Origin: Camelus ferus
Lineage: Eukaryota
DNA: 64,000 bases
Direction: 5' to 3'
Assembly (NCBI RefSeq): GCF_009834535.1
Contig: NC_045696.1
Location: forward strand, 93,312,001-93,376,000
A model generated the notes under the pieces. It searched no databases and was not told the origin of the DNA. It saw only the letters and a program-made list of their open reading frames with translations. Numbering within the stretch: the stretch's first letter is position 1; the number at the start of each line of letters is the position of its first letter. This document shows positions 26,085-37,985 of the stretch, piece after piece. The position numbers were made by a program, and so were the translations under genes.

Positions 26085-26839
26085 AGCCTTTTAGAAGGTC
26101 ATTCCATTCCTAGTCCACTTTTTCACTTTCCTAAAAAAAAATCAGGCTCTTCTCTAGGAGACCTCAGCCTTGCCTTTTGGTTTAATTAAAACTTCATCAA
26201 AGGTAAATAAACATTAGAGGAACTCTCACACTTTGTTTATGTTCATTTATTGTTCCATGTTCAAAGAGGGTCATTAAAAACATCTAGGGCTATGGCAGCT
26301 TTCCAAAATTAAATTTGTGGAAGGTTTACTGTAGGCATGCTGTACTTCCTTTTCAGCCTATGTTGTATGTCAATCAAGAGGCTTATTTAATATCAGAAAG
26401 TCATGTATGATGAAGACCAGGACTTTAATTCTTCAAATAAATACAGAATAGCCTTGGAGGTGACACAGATGTTCCAGAGCTTTTCCTAGTATCTTTAGGG
26501 CAGGGTGTATATCCTGGGAGATTTGAACTAACATCTCAGCTGACTGTCTAGATGAGTGGTTTTATGTGTCAGATTCTCTGTATTAACTGTAGGTCACCTT
26601 CAAGGTCATGAAGACTATGTAGACGGACCAAAATGACATCTCTTACAAATTGGAGGTTTAAGAAGTCGGCTCACAAAGCCAAAGGGAGAAGAACATTTTA
26701 TTTCCTTTTTTTTTTTTTTTGGCAGCATGGCTATTTAAAAGATTGTGTCCCTACAGACCAGAACTTTGATTTCAATGAATAAGAAATGCAGACAACAGTA
26801 AAAAACAAAACAAACAACAACATAACAAAGATTTGGAAG

Positions 26840-27075
26840 TTACTTCTAACTCCTTCTTCCTCATCATACCACATCCAGATGGATACTGATTCTCTTGAAC
26901 CCTTACTGCCACTGCCACAGTTCAAATCCCATCTTTTCTTGTCTCTATTATTAGAATAGCCTCCAGGTTTGTCACCGGACTCCACTTCTCTGGTCCCCAA
27001 TATATCCTTTAGCATTTCACAGGAGATACTCTTTAAGAATAACTTTGATCATGTCACTTCCCTGTTTAAGCACTT
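26840..27075 (+). mobile_element. L2 fragment
   Basis: 'actgccactgccacagttcaaatccc...aatagcctccaggtttg...tttgatcatgtcacttccctgtttaag'. Confidence 0.75.
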
Positions 27076-27079
27076 AACA

Positions 27080-27399
27080 TTGTGACCCGTACATGTTAAA
27101 AGCAAATAACCACATAATTATTTTATGTGTCACCAAATAAGAAAAAAAAAATGCTATGAAACTATTCTTTCTTATCACTTAGGCTTTTTCTATCTATAAA
27201 CTCTTTAAAGTTTATATTGTCAGATTTTCATTATATATCTTGTAATGCATAAGGAGGAAAATATTTTAAGTTGTAGGTATAGGCAATCACAATTATGTCA
27301 CAACTCCTGCTGTAAGACACTATCCATTGAAAGATGCCTTGTGATGCCAAGATGGTCAAAAAGTGAAAAATGTACATCCTAGAATCAGCAAAATATGGT
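27080..27399. mobile_element. Old Tigger-type DNA transposon remnant (Tigger15/MamRep434-like)
   Basis: Terminus 'aaaaatgtacatcctagaatcagcaaaatatggt'. A similar terminus occurs at about 59110-59146. Confidence 0.55.
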
Positions 27400-27574
27400 G
27401 AATGCTTGCTTACCCTATGTTTATATTTAGTTTGTAATCTACATATATATTATGTATATTATATGTTTTATGTATAAGAATATTATAGTAGTTTGTAAAC
27501 GCTACCTTGTTTTAACCCTTGAAAGACACTGTCCCCTCCAATACAGAAACCAGTATCATAAAACTGAAGTTAAT

Positions 27575-28222
27575 GCTTATCATACGACCCAGCAACTGCA
27601 CACCTTTCAAAAAAGTTGAAAACTTACATCCACACAAAAAGTGGCACACAGATTTTTTTAAGCAGTTTTATTCATAATTGCCAGAATTGGAAGCAAATAA
27701 GTTATCATTTAGTAGGTGAACGGATAAAAAACAATTGTGTATATCCAGACAACAGACTACTATTCAGTGCTAAAAAGAAATGAGCTATCAAGCCATGAAA
27801 GGACATGGAAGAAACCTAAGTGCATATTACTAAGTGAAAGAAGCTAATATGAAAATACATATCATATGATTCCAACTATGGATATGACACTCTGGAAAAG
27901 GCAAAACTATGGAGGCAGTAAAAAGATCAGTGGCTGCAGGCACAGGGGTGGGCAAGGGGGCAGAGTGCAGAGGATTTTTAGGGCAGTGAAAATACTCTGT
28001 GTAACATAATGATGGATACATTTGTCCAAACCCACAGAATATGTAACACCAAGAGCGAATCCTGATGTAAACTATGGCCTCTGGGTGACTATGATGTGTC
28101 GGTGACAGTGTGGGCTCTGTGGTTGGTAGAACATGTGCCACTGGCCGTGTCTTTGTATGGTGTCTGGAGGAAAGGAGATGCTTCATAAATGTATTTTGAC
28201 TGAACAGAACTAAAATAAAATG
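27575..28222 (+). mobile_element. L1MC-like 3' end
   Basis: 'catacgacccagcaactgcac...tattactaagtgaaagaagc...gatttttagggcagtgaaaatactctgt...ccaaacccacagaatatgtaacaccaagagcgaatcctgatgtaaactatgg'. Confidence 0.9.
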
Positions 28223-31200
28223 GTAAGAAATCCACTCGGGAAGAAAGCAGTAAAGTACATACAAAGCATTCTGCTACCACCACCACCATCAGCAGCAGCA
28301 GCCAAGCAAGGCCTTCGGCCTGTATTTGAAGTGATGGAAACTGATTAAAAATAGGCCTTGCAGCTGTAGGTGACAAGGCTGATGTTTAGTATTTTCCCTC
28401 TGGGGAAAACTTGCTGGGGGACTGGGACTGATGCTAAATTTTTTCTGCGAGGAGCAACGGCCGAGGCTCCTTGGGCTGCCTCAAGGTTATGGTGTTGGTT
28501 GGGTGCAGGCCTTTTCCAGGAGATGAGGAACTGAGCCTTGCCTGTGACTGAAGTCAAGTGTATGTGAAAGCCTGAGCAAGGGGACAAACACTGCCCTCAT
28601 TCCTTATCCCTGTAGGTTTATTTGCCCCAGAACATTTAGAACTGCCACGTAGCCTGCTATTAAAGTGCTTATTCCAAGGATTGCTTCTTCTGATTATTTA
28701 ATACTTTTGATTGTTTTCATGAATAATGCTCTTTAATAGACAGAAAAATTTCCCTCAACAGCTCACCTCCCTTCTCTCTTTCTGCATAGAGAATGTTTTA
28801 TATATATATATATGTAGTTTGTAATCTTTGCCTTGTTTTAACCCTTGAAAAACATTGTCCCCTCCAATACATAAGCCAATATCACATAACTGAAGTTAGG
28901 CACAAGTTGCATCTGACTGAAAATGACCCTGACAGTTTTGAGAAAAAAATATGCTTTCTAGCGAAACAAGTTAAAATATACATGTCATGAATTCAATTAC
29001 ATGTCCTTTTGATTTATAGAGAATTCTTTGAGGTATTTCCTGGCAATTTGTACTCACTTGTCCAATGTTTATAGTACCAGTTATTGTCTTTTCCAAATAA
29101 AATTTCATTCCCAGTGGCATTGAAAACATGTTTTGAATAAATCTTGGCAAGAATAAAGGCATAAATACTTGAACTTTGTTCAGTCAAAACAGAGTTGTAT
29201 GCTTCTTTTGGAAACTAGTGCACTAGAGCAGCATCATTTTCATACTGTTCTACTGGTTTTGTAGTAGTGATTCTTTAAAACAATGGATCTACTTAGGTTT
29301 CAAGACCTGGCAGTTTTCTGGATTTGTTCAAGAAGGTGCAGGAGCAAGCTGATGAAGTTAAGTCAGACAGTTACTCTACCACATTCACAGTACTGGTTCT
29401 TGATCCACCCAGGTGTTAAGCCTCTCTATTGAGATACATTCATATTTATATAGTCAAAGCAGAAAGAGCTAAGAATTAAATGTTCATATTGTTTTCAAAC
29501 ATAAGTCTTTGGGAAATTTTTTTCAAAATAATATTTGTATTTATTTGAGGCATCTATACTGAGCCAAATTAATTAGGATAAACAACAACCAAAAACGTAT
29601 TGATTTTGTCAAGGGTGATTAGCAATGTAGCTAAGTTTTAGAACTCAAGTGTCTGAAACTACATACAGTTCACTTGATCTTGTGTTATGTCATGCTAAAG
29701 TCAGAAAACCTCTGTCACCATTTAGTTGTCTATGCTCTAAATTGTCTAAACAATTTAGACAATTTGGCTCTGCTATCAGGTAATTAAATGGCTCTCCGTG
29801 CATCATGGATCTGGGCCCAATTCTATTAGTCACAGGTAACAGACATCACCCAATTCCGTACAAAGAAAAGACCAAGAGTGCTTCTTCAAAAAAATAAAAT
29901 CTTCTAATAATTGTTTAAATAAACAGGATGCTTTTGAAGTCCATTTCTGACTTATTTTTTATTTAGGTAATCTTAGATTTACTTCCAGGTAGGATGTGGC
30001 ACATTAAGATGGCTAGTCTCTCCTAGCTTAATAGATATTTTTTGAGTTTGCTGAATGGCTGCATTTCATCTATCTCTGTAGCCTACCAAGTACCTCATAC
30101 AGCTTCTTGCTCATGATAGGGGCTATCCCGACAGTGGTGGAATTAACCTGGTCTAGAGTTCATTCTCTCTTCCTCCCTTTTTCCTTTTCTCATTCCTTCT
30201 CCTTGTCTGTTCCCTCTTTGTCTTTCTTCATCTCTTTCTTCACCTATTCATTCCTCTTTTTTTTTAATTAATAAATTATTTTTCCATAGTCATACTGTTA
30301 ATTACCCTAAAATTTAGTTTCTTGTGATTTTCCCAATAGTTTCACAGAGTCAGTATATGTCGGTTTTTAAGAAAATGTCAGTTAGCTCTTCTGAGGTTCA
30401 GCTTTATAGAAATCTTTATATAAATTACATAAATCTTTATATACATCTTCATATGAATTTTAAAGTTATATAATACATTTATATGTATTATTTCCTTTTC
30501 AGGGTTTTGTTACATAATTTTTTCTTTCAGCAGATGAGCTTTCATTTTATTGATTCTCAACACCTATCCATGTGGAGTATGGTAACGAGAGGTTGCCAGA
30601 TACAGAAAATGACAGGCCACCACAGCAATCCCCCAAAGATAATTATTCTTACTTTGAATGGAAAGCATTATTAAAACAAAAAACGTTTAAAGACACTCCC
30701 TTAGTTTGTATAATTTCTAACTGTAAAATAAAACTTAGTTAACAGAACAAAGAATTCTCCTTGATTGGTCACATCATTCATTACTGAAAGGGAAAAATCA
30801 ATATCATAAAACAAATAGAAATAAATAACTTATACTTATAGGCAGTCCTGCTGCATTTCATGTTACCACACAAAATTCTAAAGCTGATGTTTTTAAAAAG
30901 CTTGGAAAACATATTTGCCTTTTTGAGTTTCTTGCTAAGTGGTGGGTGTTTCTTGCAAGGAAAAGGATCCTATGTAGGACTGAGTTTAAAATTTAAAACC
31001 TTAGAGTTGAGATTTTGATCCAGGAACCTCATTAATGTTATTGACAGAAATCAGCTATTGTGGCCAATTTTCAGCTCATTTGGCTACTTCATGCTATCAG
31101 CTAAGTAAACAGTCCTGTTGACCAGGCCAGTTACATCTGCTATCTGTCTGCATATCCAGAGATCCAGTGAGGAGAATGCAGAAAAGCATTTCCTGCTTAG

Positions 31201-31743
31201 CCAGGGAAGAGATTGGTGCAGGCATTATTCCATATCACGCAGTAACTGGCTGATGACAACATGAGCTGCTAGATGTGCTGTATTTATATTCCTAGGCAGG
31301 TCTACAGACAGATGACTTGTGGAAATCTCACAAAAGGGATTTGCATTTGTACAGACTCGTGGTCAAGACACAAAAGAATTCAATAAACAGTTGTGTGTTC
31401 AGTGATTGAACAGAGACTTAAAAGACATTTGCTTGACAGCTTAGAAGAAATGTAAATATTTATGGGCTACATTCTCAATGTTTATTTCTTGCAGAATTTT
31501 TTAATCAGCTGTGTCCTTGAGGACTCGGCAGACTATAATACTTTATATGTCCACAGTGTCTTATCGTTTATATATCATGTCCCCTCTTATTTTCTTCTTT
31601 AATTTTCACGAAAACCACATGAGGAGAGACTTTTTTATATCAAGAGCTTATACTGATATGAGGTTTATGTGTTTTACTAACAGTCCTCTGGGGATTTTGA
31701 CCATTTGGTATCACAAGACCCTAAGAATTTTGAGGTCACTGTG

Positions 31744-31744
<1 letters not shown>

Positions 31745-31791
<47 letters not shown>
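31745..31791 (+). repeat. (ATATGT)n hexanucleotide microsatellite
   Basis: Read directly. It explains the 'ICICICIC' run in ORF 31705..31926. Confidence 0.97.
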
Positions 31792-31792
<1 letters not shown>

Positions 31793-31884
31793 CTTTTTTT
31801 TTTCAGATAAAGAAGTTCTTATTCTTTAAGAACGTAATGTGCATTAAAAAAAAAAGCACATTTAAGGATTGTTCTCACCAACCA

Positions 31885-32115
31885 GGCCAGGTGTTATGGT
31901 GGGAAAGGTATGGGTTTGGAGTTTAGAACCTATTTCTGTCACATGTTAACAGTGTGATCTTGAGTTACTTATTAATCTCACTGATTCTTATTTTTCTCAT
32001 CTAATCATCATAATAGTTATTGTAAACAGTTATTGTATACAGTTACTGTTAGGACTACATGAAACAACGTAGATAAGGTGCCTGGGATGCAGTAGGTGTC
32101 AGTAGAGTCAATTTC
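31885..32115 (+). mobile_element. MIR SINE
   Basis: 'cagtgtgatcttgagttacttattaatctcactgattcttatttttctcatct...gtgcctgggatgcagtaggtgtcagta'. Confidence 0.8.
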
Positions 32116-33134
32116 CTGTCAGGATTATGCCATACAAGTACACCTAGTCTATCTTTCCCAATCTTTTCATTAATGAATGAATGACACCCTCTGAGAGAGA
32201 ACCAGTTAACAATGCTATCTGTGCCTTTTAGGAAACAAAAAAGTAACAGTCCATTTCAAAATCAACCCTAGAGCTCTGACCTCATGAGCAGACAGCAAAG
32301 AAGGCTATTCAGTTGCAGGTTTGGAATGGTTTGTCATTTGGACCTTTGAAGGAAGTCTTGAGGCTCATATATCTTCCTCATTCATGTCTCTGAGAGAAAT
32401 TGGAGTGCACTGAGACCTCTCTAAACATTCAGATCTATCTGTATTTTTGGCATAATTGTGCTTCAGTTCACTCACCTAGTGCAAATGAAACAAACTCAAG
32501 CCATTAAACAAACTGAACTATGGAACACACCAGATTCTATTTTGAGAATTGTCCTACTGATTAAACAGTCTCAGACTGAGGGAGAGGTTTGATTTTTGAA
32601 AAAATTAACATACGTTTTTTGGAAGATATTTTAATAGAAAATCCTTTCCTATAATTTATTGATGGCCATGAGAAGTTATCAGTGAAGTTTTAATCCTTAG
32701 TGCAAATTTAACAGTGATACGACTGAGTAATGTGATTATGAGTGATTTTTCATCTTTGCTTCTTTGCGTTTCTCTGTATTTTCTTAAGTATATAGTGAGA
32801 TGGGGGCAGTCAATCAGTCTATCAAATCAATCAATCCATATGGGAAAGAAATACTGTTTTGAGAATTCTTTGGGGATGAAATGAAAAATACCTTCACTTA
32901 ACCTTAGGAATTGCTTTTGGAGGAGAGCAAGTACTTTTGTCCATCTATATTTTGCCTTTTTAAAAGCTCAGAAGTTAGATTTTTCTTTTCCTGAAGCAGC
33001 TCTTTCTGCCCCTCCGTGGATCTCATCAGCACAATCTGTAGGATTTGTATGCAGCTGGCTTTCCCTGTTTTTACTTTTGAATGAGTAGCTTATTTCTTTC
33101 CAGCAGTTCTTTTTTTTTTTTTAATTGACCCAAA

Positions 33135-33149
33135 ATGGGTGCAGATGTG
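33135..33149 (+). other. Candidate short first coding segment (MGADV) ending at a splice donor
   Basis: Kozak-like 'aaaATGG' followed by GTG|gtaagc, in non-repetitive DNA. No protein recognised. Confidence 0.15.
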
Positions 33150-34007
33150 GTAAGCATATGCTGAAAGTTGTTGAATATTATTTTCACCCTGAAGAAAGGC
33201 CTGACATAAGCAGTTTCAGATTGTGAGAATTCTTGATTTCACAGTGGCCTTCCAATGCTGGCTCTGTTGCCAGTGATAACAGAAACCAGGGAGAGACCTT
33301 GGGAGGTAAACCACAGATTTACTTCGTTTCCAAGAATTGATGACCTCATATGTTCCTTGGAGTGTGATTTTATGAAATGCAGAGGTGTAAAATGAAGTTT
33401 TGATTTTCAGAATTGGTACTAGGGTCTAAATCATAGTGTAAAGTATTTTCCCTATATTTTTTCCCTATATTTTTCAGTGTGTACTTGCAGAAGCCAACTT
33501 CTGTTATTTGCTTATTTACACCAAAAATAGTTTCTTTGTGCCAGTCCTAAATTCTGAATTTCTGTTTGTTTTCTTCCTAATGCCTTTTTGTTAGCTGCGT
33601 GGTATACTGAAGGGCCATTAGGCTGGAAATCAAAAATCTGCCTTTTCCTTATTGTTTTGTGAAATGAATATATGTTGCAAGTAAATAACTGCTGAAAATA
33701 AGGATGTTATCCTTTACCTAATTCTTATACACAACTGCTAGTCAATATTGCTCATGAATTGTTTTCCAATATTTATAGAAAACATGTCATTAAATAGAGT
33801 CAACTTGGCTATATTTTTTGTCTGAGGCTTAAACCTATTTATTCCAGAGGTTCTTGAGAGAAAGTTTTCATGCTCCCATGGAAGATTTTTTTTTTTTTTT
33901 TTTTTACCTGGGGGAATTAATGACTTCTTTAGTGGTAGAGGATAGTCAAAGAATTGATTTAATTAGTATATTTCCTTATATCTCTAAACATCCAAGAGCA
34001 AGATTAA

Positions 34008-34290
34008 TGCACTCATTCATTCACTTATTTAACAAACGTGTAGTGCCTACCACATACCAAGTACTTTGCCAGGGACAGTGACCAATTAGAGAAACACGGC
34101 TCCTGCTGTTATATTGTCTTCAGGCTAATATGGAGATGGACGAATAAACAGTTGCAGTAAGAGTACCTCAGAGGAGCACCTGAACCTAGATTTGGTGGTC
34201 CAGAAAAAGACTTCGAGGGAAAGAGAGACCTGAGAGTGAGCGGAAAACGAAAAATGAGTATAAGATATCCAAGTCTTTGTATTGTTGAGG
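34008..34290 (-). mobile_element. L2 3' end
   Basis: 'cattcattcacttatttaacaaacgtgtagtgcctaccacataccaagtactttgccaggg'. Confidence 0.8.
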
Positions 34291-35334
34291 AAGAGATAGC
34301 GATAGAGTGTACACGTGTTTGAATGTGAAAGAAAAGAAAGAGAAAGCTAGATGGCTAATGGCTTAGGTCTACATTTGGAAGGAATTAAAATAACAATAAA
34401 AGCTGGTGGAAACTCATTCCATGATCATCATTAAGCTCTTATAAGCTTACTGGTCAACTCAAGGTTTGCTTTCTTGGAACACAAAAAGAGAATTTAATAA
34501 ATTTCCCCTTGGGGGAGGAGAAAGTTAATAGACCACTAAAAGGGCCTAATTCACCTCCCAGGATTAGATTACAGAGTTAAAATAGGGCAATTAAGATGCA
34601 GATGCCATGCTTAAAAGCTAGAAAGTATACTCAGTGTAATTCTAAAAGACCAAAGTCCTTCAGAAAGCACTGGAGTTTGTTCAATGCACTGAAACTATAA
34701 TTTCTCAAGAAACTCATATCTTGGTTTCAGGTAAAAAGAAAAGAAAGCAAGTCATACCATTCTGTTTTTCATTGCCAGGCACAGTCTTCAATGTATTAGA
34801 TTGTTTGGTTTGGCTGGTGTGAGGATCAAATTCATGTTGTAAGAAGAAAACCAGATGATCTTTCTGAAATACATCTAAAATTTCTTTTGCCAGCTCCAAA
34901 TGAATGAATCATACTGACTTCATGCTAGGGAGCCATGTTCTAAGCTAAATTCCTGACCCTTGGATGATTCTTCCTGATTCCTTATCCTATTTTCCTAATT
35001 TTTCATTTGAATTATCATATAATGTCTTTTCTCACACATATTAGCATCTAAATGGACCCCTTGGTGGAGCTGATTCTAGATTCCATCATGGCCCCATCAT
35101 GCTTACTTTGTAGAAGGAACCAATCTAGTTTCAAAACACGTGGTTGGGAGGGTTCTGATGTTCTGTAAGATCTTTAAAATGCTTAAGTTTCCATTCAAGG
35201 ACTGGGGCATAGATTAATTAAAATTATTTGAAAGATAGAAGATGCCTCCGTGATTCTTCACTTGGGATTTGCTCATTCACTTAAGAGATATTTATTGAAC
35301 ATCTATTTTGCACCAAACAGTATTTTACGTATTG

Positions 35335-35600
35335 TGCAATGTGGCTAAAAGCCTAGACATAGCTGATTCTGAGTCAGAATTTCAATATCATGAGATAATT
35401 CAACTGATCTTTCAAATATGACAGAGACAGTCAGTATCCTAGCTCTGCCACTCAGGAGCTGTGTGACCTTGAACAGACCTCTTCACTCTGAGCTTTATTT
35501 CTTGCATTCTCCAATGTGCCCAACAACATCTACTTTCAGCAGTGGATTGGAAAAGACTGGACGTGACAAGCTAGGCAAAGTGGGGAGCTGCTTTGTGACC
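35335..35600 (+). mobile_element. MIR SINE, interrupted
   Basis: 'atcctagctctgccactcaggagctgtgtgaccttgaacagacctcttcactctgagctttatttc'. Confidence 0.75.
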
Positions 35601-35719
35601 TCTGGTTGCTCTCACTCTTCACCTGCCTGATATGATCTTCCAGGGCCAGCCAAGCTGGTGAGTGGGCAGTGTAGGACAGTCCCCTCAGGAGTCACTTCAT
35701 GAACTCCTACTCTTCTACA

Positions 35720-35985
35720 TCAGGCCTGACCTTTAACACGACTTCCTCCAGGAGCCTTCCTTGACATCTTCTGTGACTAGATGTCCCTGATATGCATTTC
35801 TATGGTGCCCTGCATGCCTTCTGCCATAGCCCTTATGACAATTTATCATGATAGATGTTTAATCTACCCTCTATCTCCTTGCTGGAATCTAAACTTCAAG
35901 AGAGCAAGTAACATGTCTGTTCTGCTTTCTGGTATAGCCCCCATGTTTAACAGAGTCCATATGTTTTTGAATAAATGAATGAATG
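35720..35985 (+). mobile_element. L2 3' end
   Basis: 'acttcctccaggagccttccttgac...aaacttcaagagagcaag...tttttgaataaatgaatgaatg'. Confidence 0.85.
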
Positions 35986-36044
35986 CACGTCTCTATCCTT
36001 ACAGGCCTGCTAAGGAGGAGTTTGTGAAGAAGAGAAGGGAGGGG

Positions 36045-36275
36045 AACATACTTTGTCTATACTGGTTGCTGTGCATGTGTACACATACTATTTCACTGAA
36101 GTCTCATGGCCACGCTAAGTGGCAGAAGTTACAGGTATTTTCATTCCTGTCTGCTGATAAAAATGAGATTCAGAGGGTAAAGCATTTTTGTTTGCATGGT
36201 TAGGAAGCGAGAGGACTAGAATTGGAACTCAGCTCAGTTTGATGCCAGACCCTTTGTTCTTTCCATCAAATCACA
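36045..36275 (-). mobile_element. MIR SINE
   Basis: 'ctgataaaaatgagattcagagggtaaagc...ggactagaattggaactcagctcagtttgatgccagaccc'. Confidence 0.75.
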
Positions 36276-36529
36276 GCATTCAGTATCACTGAGAATCTAT
36301 TTTGGAACTTACAGAAACAGCAGCTGGGATAAGAGTCACCTGGAATTTGATCTTTGTGGGTGCCTTTTCATACAGTTTATTTTTTACTTCTATCTGCTGC
36401 TTTGCTTTTATCAAATAAAGATCAACAGCAGCTGCTACCGGTGCCGCTGATTGGGATTTCTGTTTGAAAATGAAGTCTTGGGCTTCTGTTCTCCCCCATT
36501 ATATTTTACTATGAAAAGAACATCTTTTT

Positions 36530-36965
36530 TTTTTTTTTAACAAAAGGTGATGCATGCATATGGAAAAAAGTGTAAATAATACAAAAAGGTATTTCTTTAA
36601 CACATGGTGGCATACTGTGCATATTTCTGTGTACTTTGCTTTTATCACTGAAATAAATTTTCAAGATTCTCTATAAAAATACATATTTCATTTTAATGAT
36701 TACATATAATTTCATTTTATTTGTAACATAAAATTGGTAGGCTTAATAATATGATAACCACAGAAAAAGTAATCTAACATCAGAATTACAGTGTTTACCT
36801 GGTAAGCACAAATGTATTTTAATAAATAAATTATGCTGTAATGACTTTTCTTGTACATATGTCTATCTGTTCATTTGGGGATATATTTTAGTATGTATTT
36901 CTAGAAATGGAATTGCTGGGTTGGTTAATTTAAAAAATTACTACACGTATGTTAACAGTCTTCAT
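36530..36965 (-). mobile_element. Old L1 (L1ME-like) fragment
   Basis: 'tatgctgtaatgacttttcttgtacatatgtc...tatttctagaaatggaattgctggg'. Confidence 0.7.
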
Positions 36966-37644
36966 AAAATACTCATCTGGGCAAAGCTACATTTGTGGAG
37001 GACACTAGTGTATTGGTTGAACTCATTCTGGCTTCTCGACAATTAATAGCTACCTTGCCTTTGAAGGAAAAAAAGTTTGAAAGTAGAAACTGTTTCAAAT
37101 GCACTGGGGAGAAGGAGTTTGAAATATTCCTTCACCTGATAAATGAAGTCCAAAGCCCCAAAAGAAGGCAATGTCTAACCAGCTCTGACAGTGGCTTTGG
37201 TGTGAGCAAGGCCAGAGAGCACCACTGCTGCGGAGAGAGGTTTAAAGGGATGCCTTTTCCCTCAGGCATCCTTTGCCCACAAAACTTATCCATGATGACA
37301 GTTTACATTATGTTCATTCTTTCAGGAATAATTACTGTGCCTCCATGTGGAAGTTTTCTCATTCCAAAGAAGCAGGATCATCCATCATATCAATGTGATA
37401 TGGTTTTGCCAGATGCCAGATGAATTAGCAAGTGGTACTCAATTTACACATTCATCAATTCTGACTAGCACTTAGATAAAATCATAAAAGTCTATCTTTG
37501 GAAAATACTAGTGGGCTTTGAACATATTTTAAAAATTGTCCAGACAAATATATGGTTCCTTTAGTCACTTAAAAATTTTAGAATTAAAATGGCTTTTGTT
37601 AAAGGATAGCTCTTCTTGAATATCAGTTGAAAAATGCCAGAGGC

Positions 37645-37985
37645 AGAAATTCTAAAACTTGAGCATACATCAGAATCACCTGTGTAAAACCACACTTTAC
37701 TGGGCTGAAACTCAAAATTTTAGACTCCGTAAGTCTAGAGTGGGACCATTGTTCTGTTTGGCTGACAACTTTTCAGGTAATTCTGGTGTTCCTGGTCTGG
37801 AAAGCACACTTTAAGGATCTCTGTTCCTGACAAGTCTTTTATAAAATTTAAGTCACATATGAATCACCTAGAGATCTTTTAAAAATACAGATTCAAATCC
37901 AGTAAATCCAGGAAATCAAAATTCTGCATTTTGACAAGTTCTTAGGTGATGCTACGTTGCAGATCCCTGCAATTTGGAGCATCAA
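37645..37985. mobile_element. Two adjacent MER5-family hAT MITEs (about 37645-37823 and 37832-37985)
   Basis: Both carry the '(a)gaatcacct' motif. Also 'aaacttgagcatacatcagaatcacctg' and 'ctgcattttgacaagttcttaggtgatgct'. Confidence 0.8.

Noticed and set aside
29283..29420. 45-codon ATG ORF MDLLRFSRPGSFLDLFKKVQEQADEVK...
   Set aside because: Short, no recognised homology, weak splice and promoter context.
31127..31249. Inverted pair gccagttac / gtaactggc as a pre-miRNA-like hairpin
   Set aside because: Only 9 bp pair across a spacer of about 105 nt, and the stem does not extend.
34758..34863. Minus-strand 106-nt candidate exon (KDHLVFFLQHEFDPH...) with donor G|gtatga
   Set aside because: Poor pyrimidine tract with a competing AG just upstream. 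No recognised protein and no partner exons.
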